DNA of 32,000 nt. Source: Ktedonobacterales bacterium. Lineage in GTDB: Bacteria > Chloroflexota > Ktedonobacteria > Ktedonobacterales > JADMIN01. The stretch covers positions 3,990,001 to 4,022,000 of the forward strand of contig CP126532.1 of NCBI GenBank assembly GCA_030167145.1. Reading direction: 5' to 3'. Positions 18,377 through 26,598 of this stretch are shown here, one piece after another. How positions within the stretch are numbered: the stretch's first letter is position 1; each line of letters starts with the position of its first letter. The position numbers and the translations under genes are program-made. The notes under the pieces are model-generated. The model ran no database searches and was not told where the DNA came from. It saw only the letters and a program-made list of their open reading frames with translations.

Positions 18377-20017
18377 TCAGCCAATCTGCACCTTCACGCG
18401 CTGCCAGCCTGTCGCACCGTTCGGCACCGTGCCCCGTTGTGCTGGCGTCTGCGTCACGCCTGTGCCGTCAGTCGCGCGCACCACCAGCGTATAGCTGCCT
18501 GATGTCGTCGGCTGCCATGTCCAGTTCCAGAACACCCAACTCTGGTCAGAGAGAGGCGGCATCAGTGTTGCAGTGTGCCAGGTCGCGCCGCCATCCGCGC
18601 TCACCTCCACGCGCTGGATGCCCCGGATGCCCGCGAAGGCTACCCCCGTCACCGGCACTGGCCCCACTGGCAGACGGCTGTTCCGCACTGGCGCGTCAAT
18701 CCGGCTGAGCGTCTCCAGTTGTGCCGCGCTCCATCCCTGGCTCTGGTAGAAGCCTTTGAACTCATGGTCCGCGATTTCGATTTGCGTCAGCCATTTCGCG
18801 CTCTGCTCGCCATAGCGTCCCGGCACCACCGCACGCAGGGGAAACCCATGCCGGGCGGGCAGCTCCTGCCCATTCATCTCCCACGCCAGCAATGTGCGCG
18901 CTTCCAGCAGATCCGCCAGCGGCAGGCTTGTCGCGTAGCCATCTACGCTGCGGAAGATGACATATTTGCCGCTGGGCAGCGCACCCCCCGCCTCGGCCAG
19001 CAGTGTCGCCAGCGCTACCCCCCGCCACACCGCCGTACTCAGCAGATGCCCGCCGACCTCATTCGAGATGCATTCAAGCGTGATCGCTCGTGTCTCACTC
19101 GCCAGCCTGCGTATCTGGTCGTAGCTCCACACCTTAGATCGTCGTACCAGCCCCGTCACCTCAAGTTGCCAGCGGTCCGCGCTCACCACCGGATCGAGTA
19201 CGTTCTTGCTCACCACGTAAAACTCATCGCGCGGCGTGATCGGCGTAATCGCCGCCGTCGGTGACGGCGTGCCGTGTCCCTCATACGACAGATTCGAGCG
19301 CGCGAGATATGCGCTGAGCAGGCGAACAATCGCCCCCGCGCCCGCTACCGCCAACACCGCTCCGCCACCCATGGCCAGCGCCGCGCGCCGGTTTACCCGC
19401 GCCGCCTCGTCCGGCGCCGCTTGTGCCATGCCTGCGTCATGCTTGCGACGCTGCCCCAACCAGCCCTCCCAGGTGTAACGCAGCGTGGCGCTCGCTACCG
19501 CCGTTACCCCAGCATACGCGGCAAACGTCAACGCCAGCGCCAGCAATGTCAGCAGCCGTGCCCGCCCGATGGGATCGCCGTACAGCCCCTCTGGCAACAC
19601 CGGCCAGAAGACCACCAGTGCGACGATCTCCATCGCCAGCGCCAGCCCACCAGCGGCCAGCCAGCCGCGCCGCGTGGGCAGCCATCGCGCCACGCTGCTC
19701 CCAACGCCAGCGAGCCGCTCGTAGAGCGGACCCAACAGCACACCCACAGCGAACTGGCCGAGCAGCGTCAAGCCGAGTGGCCCGGTCTTCTCGTTGGGCT
19801 GGAAGCGAATCAGCAGCGCAACGAATTGGTCTGCCGACATCAGCGGTAGGATACGCTCGCCCAGCAGTTCCGGCGGCGTCGGTGTGCCCCAGGCGAGCCG
19901 CAGCGCCAGCATCACCACAATCGCCGCCAGCGAGCCGAGCAGCCCCGCCGCCAGCCCCAGCGCGTTCCGCTTCAGCGCCCGCCATGTGAATTCTGTGTAC
20001 TGTCGTAACCGTTTCAT
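18377..20017 (-). CDS. molybdopterin-dependent oxidoreductase (sulfite-oxidase/YedY fold) with an N-terminal polytopic membrane domain
   Basis: 546 aa. The N-terminal ~230 aa have several hydrophobic segments. These are followed by FYVVSKN, WQLEVTGLV, ITLECISNEVGG, HGFPLRAVVPGRYGEQSAKWLTQIEI and a C-terminal Ig-like segment (VTGVAFAG...VEVSADGGATWHTA). Confidence 0.85.
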   Translation of the reverse strand: MKRLRQYTEFTWRALKRNALGLAAGLLGSLAAIVVMLALRLAWGTPTPPELLGERILPLMSADQFVALLIRFQPNEKTGPLGLTLLGQFAVGVLLGPLYERLAGVGSSVARWLPTRRGWLAAGGLALAMEIVALVVFWPVLPEGLYGDPIGRARLLTLLALALTFAAYAGVTAVASATLRYTWEGWLGQRRKHDAGMAQAAPDEAARVNRRAALAMGGGAVLAVAGAGAIVRLLSAYLARSNLSYEGHGTPSPTAAITPITPRDEFYVVSKNVLDPVVSADRWQLEVTGLVRRSKVWSYDQIRRLASETRAITLECISNEVGGHLLSTAVWRGVALATLLAEAGGALPSGKYVIFRSVDGYATSLPLADLLEARTLLAWEMNGQELPARHGFPLRAVVPGRYGEQSAKWLTQIEIADHEFKGFYQSQGWSAAQLETLSRIDAPVRNSRLPVGPVPVTGVAFAGIRGIQRVEVSADGGATWHTATLMPPLSDQSWVFWNWTWQPTTSGSYTLVVRATDGTGVTQTPAQRGTVPNGATGWQRVKVQIG

Positions 20018-20126
20018 GTGCGAATTCCTGACTCCCTCGCGGGAGCCTGGACCCCCTCTACCTCTTCATGATTGCCGCATGAATCCAGAGCGCAACGAGT
20101 ATCAGCGTGCAGGTATACACTGCGTC

Positions 20127-21194
20127 TCAAAGGCTCCACTTGCTGCCGCAGCCTGCGCATTGATCCCACGGCTGATCGCTATCGAATGCCGCGCGGAACG
20201 CCTGATATCGTGGGCCATTCCAGATGTCGGCAAACGGCTGCGCGAAGACGTTGCCTAGCACGCGTGTCCTGGCGGGGCCGGGGTGGAATGGCGCAAAGCA
20301 GCACGAGAAGACATTGCCCGTCGCCGTGATGTACGCTAGCTTGCGCGGGCGCTCGCAGCCTGCCCAGGGCCGCCGCTCCTGAGCCGTCGCTGGTGCGCTC
20401 ACATAGTCTTCCGGCTGGTGCCCGCCCGTCGCGCGGAATGTCAGTCCACGCTCGCGGCATGTGCGCGCAGTCTCCGCGATGATCGCCACCTGCTCAGCTT
20501 CGGCATGGCGGAACAGCGCCTGTTCTTCGCGCGCCAGTCCTTCGCCGAAGTAGACCAATCGCTGCACGTAGATCTCGCGCACGCCCGTCTCCAGCGCAAT
20601 CTCCACCAGGCGCGGCAATTCGTGGATGTTCTCGCGCATCGCCGTGAACCAGAACGATAGTCGCGGGCGCTCTGCGCCCATCTCGCGCTGTATTGCCGTG
20701 AACGCTGTGAGATTGCGGATGATTTTTGGCAGTGTCCGCGCATTGACACCGCGCACGCGGGCATACGTCTCGGCCGTGCCGCCATCCAGCGAGACCCGCA
20801 ACTCATTCAGATCAGCGGCGATGAGTGCGCGGCCAGTGCGCTCGCTCAGCGCCGTCGCGTTCGAGTTGAAGAGCACATATGCCCCGCGTGCGCGCAGATG
20901 CGCCACGATAGCCGGCAACTCTGGGTTCAACAGCGGCTCGCCCAGCCCGTGCAATACCACGCGCTCCAGCACGGGTAACTGATTGGTGATGGCCACCACC
21001 TCCGCCAGCGAAAGATCGCGCTCCTCCTCGCGCTTCAGGTGCGTGCGCGGGCACTGGTCGCATAGCTCATTGCAGCGATTTGTGCTTTCGAGATACAACT
21101 CGCGCGGCAATGGCAGTGGCTCGGCGCTCACGCCAGCGGGCAGCGCCGCGAGATCGCCTCGCTGGCTGGCGGGCAAAACCGTAATTGTACGCAT
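20127..21194 (-). CDS. radical SAM enzyme with a truncated SPASM/twitch-like C-terminal domain
   Basis: 355 aa. The CX3CX2C cluster motif is TNRCNELCDQC. The GGEP-like motif is HGLGEPLLNP. The C-terminus has C-X12-G-X4-CC (GCERPRKLAYITATGNVFSCC) and CAGC six residues before the stop. GGAG lies upstream of ATG 21194. Confidence 0.9.
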   Translation of the reverse strand: MRTITVLPASQRGDLAALPAGVSAEPLPLPRELYLESTNRCNELCDQCPRTHLKREEERDLSLAEVVAITNQLPVLERVVLHGLGEPLLNPELPAIVAHLRARGAYVLFNSNATALSERTGRALIAADLNELRVSLDGGTAETYARVRGVNARTLPKIIRNLTAFTAIQREMGAERPRLSFWFTAMRENIHELPRLVEIALETGVREIYVQRLVYFGEGLAREEQALFRHAEAEQVAIIAETARTCRERGLTFRATGGHQPEDYVSAPATAQERRPWAGCERPRKLAYITATGNVFSCCFAPFHPGPARTRVLGNVFAQPFADIWNGPRYQAFRAAFDSDQPWDQCAGCGSKWSL

Positions 21195-21200
21195 CGAACA

Positions 21201-22718
21201 TTACTCCTTGATTGTCGTGGTGATGAACTGCGCCAGGCGCGGCAGCGCATGATGTACGTGCCCCCAGCGACGCCTAGCGAGTGGATACGCCGCTATCGCC
21301 AGCGGCACGATGAAAAACCAGTCGAAAAGTCCGGCATTGCCCTGCGGCGCGAAGATCACATAGGTAAAGGGCATCGCGAGCACGAACAGCCATAGCGCGA
21401 ACGCTAGCGCTGTGCTGCTGCTCGTAGGAGTGTGCGGCGTATGCCCATCGAGCGCGGCCTGCAGTCCTGGACCTTTCAGATAGAGCGCCAGCAATGGCAG
21501 CAGCCCGCCGACATACCAGGGGAAGAGATGCGGCGAGACCAGTATCCAGCCTGCCGAGAGCGCCAGCACCCCCATTTCGGCTGGCAAGCCTTTTCGCAGT
21601 CGCAGCCACAGCACCGCCGCGCAGATCGCCAGCAGCGTCAGCGCCTGCAACGCCATCTGAATCGGTCTGTTCACAAAGAGCGTCGTCACCAGCCGGAACA
21701 CCAGTCCCTGGTCCACGAAGCGCTGCGCGAAATAGGTCGCCAGAAAGCCACCCGACCCCAACCCCAGCCGCAGAAACGGCAGGTAGCCCAGCACGACGGT
21801 TCCCGCCACCGCCAGCACGAACCGCCAATCACGCGCAACCGCGCGCACCGCACCGCGATAGCCGCGCTCAGACGCCGCACCATCCCCATCGCCGCGCCCC
21901 ACCATCGCCAGCACGAAGAGCAGCGGGTACAGCTTCGTCAGCGCTGCCATCCCCAGCAGCGCCCCCGCCAGTGGCCGCGCGCCGCGCCGTCGCGTGTTGG
22001 CCACTACCAGTGCCGCCAGCAGCCATAGCGTCGCCGCCGCATCTACATGCCCCGTAAAGCTGAACTCCAGCACCGGGATTGGGTTCCACCAATAGAGGAT
22101 GCTGCGGCGTGGGTCCAGTCCGTGCTGGCGCAGCAAAACAATGCTCAGCGCTCCGCAGAGCAGATCGCAGAGGCCCATCGCCAGCTTCATTGCCGCAATA
22201 TTCAGCGGCGCGACCGCATTCACCAGCAAGAACAGCATCTGCGCCCCTGGCGGATAGATCGTCGGCGCATCTCGCCAGTCGAGCTTCGGCCAGATCACAA
22301 TATCGCGTAGCGACACCAGTGCGGGATCATTGACCGTGTGAGCATAGGGGCTGACACCGTGCGCCACCAGATGCGCGTCCCACACATAGCGGTAGGCATC
22401 GTGGGAAAGCACCGGCAACGCCGTCAGAAAGACCACCCGGAACGCCACCCCAACGCCCACGATCAGCGCCGTTTCGGTCCACCAGCCGTGCTGGTTCACC
22501 AACTCCGCGCCGGACTCCGCTTTGCTCGCCATCTGTGCCCGCGACACTACCCACCAGCCAGCTACCGCGACTGCTGTCACGCCCAGCCCCGGCCACAGGA
22601 ACAGCCCACCGTTTCCGCCCACATCGCCCGCAATGTCACGAATGCGTGCGTAGAGCGGCAGCGCCGCGACGCCGAGCAGCGCCAGCGCCAGCCAGCGCCG
22701 CAGGTCACGCCCGCCCAT
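21201..22718 (-). CDS. polytopic GT-C-type glycosyltransferase, DUF2029/GT87-like
   Basis: ORF 21201..22856. The preferred start is ATG 22718 (MGGRDLRRWLALALLGVAAL), with GGGAGG 6 nt upstream, overlapping the upstream stop by 14 nt. There are more than 10 hydrophobic segments. The loop motif SHDAYRYVWDAHLVAHGVSPY is typical of this family. Confidence 0.8.
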   Translation of the reverse strand: MGGRDLRRWLALALLGVAALPLYARIRDIAGDVGGNGGLFLWPGLGVTAVAVAGWWVVSRAQMASKAESGAELVNQHGWWTETALIVGVGVAFRVVFLTALPVLSHDAYRYVWDAHLVAHGVSPYAHTVNDPALVSLRDIVIWPKLDWRDAPTIYPPGAQMLFLLVNAVAPLNIAAMKLAMGLCDLLCGALSIVLLRQHGLDPRRSILYWWNPIPVLEFSFTGHVDAAATLWLLAALVVANTRRRGARPLAGALLGMAALTKLYPLLFVLAMVGRGDGDGAASERGYRGAVRAVARDWRFVLAVAGTVVLGYLPFLRLGLGSGGFLATYFAQRFVDQGLVFRLVTTLFVNRPIQMALQALTLLAICAAVLWLRLRKGLPAEMGVLALSAGWILVSPHLFPWYVGGLLPLLALYLKGPGLQAALDGHTPHTPTSSSTALAFALWLFVLAMPFTYVIFAPQGNAGLFDWFFIVPLAIAAYPLARRRWGHVHHALPRLAQFITTTIKE

Positions 22719-24228
22719 GCGCGCCTCCCTCGCCAGCGGCAGCCAGCACCACTGCTTCAAGCGCGGCCAGTGTTGCGGGCGCAGGGTCCGCAACGTCCGA
22801 GGGCGCGTATCGCAATGCGGCGGCGAGCGTTTCCAGGTCTTCAATCTCATCCACATCGAAGCTCGTGGGCAGCGTCATCACGCGCAATCCTAGCGCCTCC
22901 ACCCGCGCCAGCGTCTCTGTGTAGACCGTCGCCGTGCTCATCTGGATGCCCGTGAAGAGATCGGCGGGCCACTGCGCCGCATGTGACGCGGTATGTCTGG
23001 CGCGCCGCTGGCCGAGCAGGTAATAGCCGCCATCGTGCGCCGGGCCGAGCGCCACATCATGCGTATCCAGCGCCGTGAAAGCCGCGCGCACCCAGTCGGC
23101 GGGCATATGCGGTGAGTCCGAGCCGAGTACCACGATCCGCTCGTAGCCCCGTGCCGCCAGCTCAGTGAACCCATGCCACAGCCGCTCCGCGAAGTCCCCC
23201 GCGGGCTGGCGCATCAGCCGCCCACCCGCTGGCACACACACCGCGAACTCCGCATCACCGTATTCATCGGGCGCGGCGTAATTCCAGTACAGGTCGTAGC
23301 CGTTGCGCATTGCCGCATCGCTGAAGCGCTCACCCAGGTCGCGCAGGAATGCCGCATACAATGCCGCCGCCGCCTCGTAGCCGAGCGCGCGGCCCAGCCG
23401 CGTCTTCGTTTGCCCCGCCACCGGAAGCCGCGCCACGATGAACAGCGCATCCCTCCGTTCCCCCTCGCTGTCGTAGGGGCGTCCGGTGGACGTCTGCGCC
23501 GGTCGCCATCCGCGATAGCGCCACAGCGTGCGAAGGATGTGTATGGACGCCTTCATCGTGCCGCTTAGCGTTCCCGCAACCTTCGACTTCCCGCCCGCGC
23601 GGCGATGGTAATCTACGGGCGCTTCCACGATCCGCAGACCAGCCCGTGCCGCCTTCGCCAGCATCTCGGTGGACCATCCGTAGGCCATCTCGCGCATCTC
23701 CAGCCGCAGCAGTGCCTCGCGCCGGATCGCCCGCACCGGCCCAATATCGCTGACCCGCGCGCCATAGAGCAGCCGTAGCGCCAGCGCGCCAATGCGATTC
23801 CCCACCCGCTGCTGAAGTGTCAGCGCGCCGTGTTCGCTCTTCCCGCGCGCCCGCGATCCCATCGCCAGATCCGCTTCGCCGCGCGCCACCATTGCCGCCA
23901 CCCGCGCCGCGCCCGCCGGATCGTCGCTGCCGTCCGCATCCATCAGCAGCACGATCTCGCAATCCTCAGCCGCCCGCACCCCCGCTAGGCAAGCATACCC
24001 GTAGCCCCGGCGCGGCTCGTATACTACCTCTGCTCCTGCCGCACGCGCCACCTCTGCCGTCGCGTCATCGCTGCCGTTATCCACGACGATGATCCGCCTG
24101 ATCGGCAACGCCGCCAGCGCGGAATGCGTCCGCAGCGCCCGCACCTGTGCTCCGACGGCAGCTTCTTCATTCAGTGCGGGCATTACTATCGCAATGGAAG
24201 GAATATCCCGTTCAATCGCAACGTTCAT
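22705..24228 (-). CDS. fusion of a GT2 polyprenyl-phosphate-sugar-synthase-like glycosyltransferase and a DUF2064 (CofC-like) domain
   Basis: ORF 22705..24252. The preferred start is ATG 24228 (MNVAIERDIPSIAIVMPALNEE), with GGGGAGG 7 nt upstream. The N-terminal half has VVDNGSDDAT, YGYACLAGV and LLMDADGSDD (DXD). The C-terminal half has ALFIVARLPVAGQTKTRLG, VVLGSDSPHMP and GPAHDGGYYLLG, the DUF2064 pattern. Confidence 0.85.
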   Translation of the reverse strand: MNVAIERDIPSIAIVMPALNEEAAVGAQVRALRTHSALAALPIRRIIVVDNGSDDATAEVARAAGAEVVYEPRRGYGYACLAGVRAAEDCEIVLLMDADGSDDPAGAARVAAMVARGEADLAMGSRARGKSEHGALTLQQRVGNRIGALALRLLYGARVSDIGPVRAIRREALLRLEMREMAYGWSTEMLAKAARAGLRIVEAPVDYHRRAGGKSKVAGTLSGTMKASIHILRTLWRYRGWRPAQTSTGRPYDSEGERRDALFIVARLPVAGQTKTRLGRALGYEAAAALYAAFLRDLGERFSDAAMRNGYDLYWNYAAPDEYGDAEFAVCVPAGGRLMRQPAGDFAERLWHGFTELAARGYERIVVLGSDSPHMPADWVRAAFTALDTHDVALGPAHDGGYYLLGQRRARHTASHAAQWPADLFTGIQMSTATVYTETLARVEALGLRVMTLPTSFDVDEIEDLETLAAALRYAPSDVADPAPATLAALEAVVLAAAGEGGAHGRA

Positions 24229-24412
24229 CTGTACGCCTCCCCTTCTCGGCACAGCGCCTCAGTACCGGAGAGTATGGCGTACGGTTCTTGTCAACTCGTA
24301 ACGAATCTTGCGAATTGATTACGGTCTGCTGTTAAGCCTCGCGTAACAGTTTCGCGGTATTCTATGTCCAATGGCGGTCATCATGATGGTGAGCGCAACC
24401 GGAAGATGGGAC

Positions 24413-25168
24413 ATGGCGAACATGAATGCGATGGCAGGTATCAGCAGCACTACAGCGCTACACGGCGCCGATCAGCCGAAGCGGCGTGTGCTGGTGGTAG
24501 ACGACGAAGCGAATATCCGCGAGGTGCTCGGCCAATATCTGGAGCTTGAGGGCTTCACGGTCATGCTCGCGGCGGACGGCATCGAGGCGCTGCGGCTGGC
24601 GCAGAGCGCGCCGCCCGATCTCGTCATTCTCGATCTCATGCTCCCCGGCATTGACGGCCTGGAAGTCTGCCGCCGTCTGCGCGCCACCAGCGCCGCCCCG
24701 GTACTCATGCTCACCGCTCGCAGCGACGAATCCGACAAGATCGAAGGCTTTCGCGCGGGCACAGACGACTATGTCACCAAGCCGTTCAGCCCGCGCGAAG
24801 TAATGCTCCGCGTCCAGGCGATCATGCGCCGTGTCGAGGCTACCAGCGTCCCCGCGATGGTGCTCGATGGAGCGCTGCGAGTTGGCGCGCTGGTCATCTA
24901 CCCGCAGCTTCACCGCGCCGAGCGCGATGGCGTGGTGCTCGATCTCACCGCCAAGGAGTTCGATCTGCTCAGCTTCCTCGCCGCCAATCCGCGCCAGGTC
25001 TTCAGCCGCCAGCAATTGCTCGACCGGGTGTGGGATTACGACTACTACGGTGACGCCAGCACCGTCACCGTGCATATTCGCCGGTTGCGCGAGAAAGTCG
25101 AGGCCGATCCCGCGCGCCCACACCATATCAAGACCGTCTGGGGCGTCGGCTACAAGTTCGAGCCGTAA
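24413..25168 (+). CDS. OmpR/PhoB-family response regulator
   Basis: ORF 24371..25168. The preferred start is ATG 24413, with GGAAG 7 nt upstream. The receiver has VLVVDDE, LVILDLMLPG and KPF. The winged helix has LTAKEFDLLSFLAANPRQVFSRQQLLDRVWD...TVTVHIRRLREKVE...IKTVWGVGYKF. Confidence 0.9.
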   Translation: MANMNAMAGISSTTALHGADQPKRRVLVVDDEANIREVLGQYLELEGFTVMLAADGIEALRLAQSAPPDLVILDLMLPGIDGLEVCRRLRATSAAPVLMLTARSDESDKIEGFRAGTDDYVTKPFSPREVMLRVQAIMRRVEATSVPAMVLDGALRVGALVIYPQLHRAERDGVVLDLTAKEFDLLSFLAANPRQVFSRQQLLDRVWDYDYYGDASTVTVHIRRLREKVEADPARPHHIKTVWGVGYKFEP

Positions 25169-25218
25169 TCACGAAACATCATTCACCCGCCAGCACGAAA
25201 TGCTACAGGAATGAGCTT

Positions 25219-26598
25219 ATGGAGACGATTCGCCAGCATCCGGCGCAGACATGGCCGCTCGCGCGATCACGCCGCCGCTTACGCATCGCCGCACGCTGGC
25301 TCAGCCTCACCTTGCTGGTGGTGGTGCTCACCGTCGCCGCATTCATCCTCGTCCTCCATCCACCGGCCGGCCACGTTCGCGACATGGCATTTTATCTGGC
25401 GCTGGCTGGCCTTGGTTCGTTGGTGCTGGGTGAGGGCGCGCTCTGGGCGGCCAGCGCCGCGCGCTTTCGCAACATCCGACTGCAGCTTGCCATTCCACCC
25501 GTGCTTACCGCGCTCGTCATCGCTTGCACCGTCATCGCGCTGGGTCAGGCGATGTTCCTCTCCTCCGACGACACGCGACTGCTGCTCATCTTTCTGGCCT
25601 TCGCGGTCTTCGTCGCTCTCGCGCTGGCCTGGTCCATCGCGAGTGAGATGGCGCGTTCCATCGCCCGGCTCGAGATCGCCGCACGCCGTATCGCTCAGGG
25701 TGACTACGGCTTCCGCGTGCCCGACGACAATTTCTCCGCCGCTGAGCTATCGCGTCTCGCCCGCTGGTTCAACGCCATGGCCGCCAACGTGCAGGAAGCT
25801 TTTGCCAAGCAGCATACCGCTGAGTCCGAGCGCCGTCAGGTGCTCGCCGCCGTCTCGCACGATCTGCGCACGCCTCTCGCCTCGATCCGCGCGATGATCG
25901 AAGCTATAGATGATGGCGTCGCCACCGACCCCGCCACCGTCCGCCGCTACCAACATACGATCCGCGCCGAGGTCCGCCGCCTCGCCACACTGATGGACGA
26001 ACTCTTCGAGCTATCCCGCCTCGACTCCGGCGCGCTGAAGCTGGAATACGAGCGCCTGGGCATCGAAGACCTCATCTCCGACGCGCTCGAAGCTTTCCAC
26101 GAGCAGGCCGCGCAGGCCGGTGTGCGCCTGGAAGGCAGTGTCGCCGACGGATTGCCACCCATCATGATAGATCCGCGCCAGATTTCGCGCATCCTTGCCA
26201 ATCTGTTGCAGAACGCGCTCTCCGCCACCCCATCCGGCGGCGCAATCTTCATCCGTGCCCGCCAGGCCCAGCCCGATGCGCTGCTCGTCGAAGTGCTCGA
26301 CACCGGCACGGGTATCGCCCCCGGCGACCTGCCCCATATCTTCGAGCGCACCTATCGCGGTGAAGTCTCGCGCACCCGCAACGGCGCCAACAGCGACGAA
26401 CACGCGCCCGCCAGCGGCGCGGGCCTCGGTCTCGCCATCGCGCGTGGCATCGTCGAACTGCACGGCGGGCGCATTTGGGCCGTCTCCCCGCTCCCCACCG
26501 ATCTCCGCGCCGCTCTCATCCCTTTGCTCGCCCTCGACCGTCAGAGCGAGCCATTCGCCGGAACTGCTCTCTGCTTCACCCTGCCCTCCGATAGATGA
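25219..26598 (+). CDS. sensor histidine kinase (2 TM, HAMP, HisKA, HATPase_c)
   Basis: 459 aa. The H-box is AAVSHDLRTPLASI. The N-box is ILANLLQNALSAT. The G-boxes are DTGTGI and GAGLGLAIARG. A HAMP-like segment (RLARWFNAMAANVQ) is present. Confidence 0.9.
   Translation: METIRQHPAQTWPLARSRRRLRIAARWLSLTLLVVVLTVAAFILVLHPPAGHVRDMAFYLALAGLGSLVLGEGALWAASAARFRNIRLQLAIPPVLTALVIACTVIALGQAMFLSSDDTRLLLIFLAFAVFVALALAWSIASEMARSIARLEIAARRIAQGDYGFRVPDDNFSAAELSRLARWFNAMAANVQEAFAKQHTAESERRQVLAAVSHDLRTPLASIRAMIEAIDDGVATDPATVRRYQHTIRAEVRRLATLMDELFELSRLDSGALKLEYERLGIEDLISDALEAFHEQAAQAGVRLEGSVADGLPPIMIDPRQISRILANLLQNALSATPSGGAIFIRARQAQPDALLVEVLDTGTGIAPGDLPHIFERTYRGEVSRTRNGANSDEHAPASGAGLGLAIARGIVELHGGRIWAVSPLPTDLRAALIPLLALDRQSEPFAGTALCFTLPSDR

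Noticed and set aside
19236-22955. Numerous 60-230 aa ORFs on both strands inside the operon genes (e.g. 19274..19849, 19437..19985, 21274..21828, 21432..22028, 22338..22955, 23330..23962)
   Set aside because: All are alternative-frame or antisense products of high-GC coding sequence (Arg/Pro/Ala/Gly-rich). None has an RBS or a recognisable domain.
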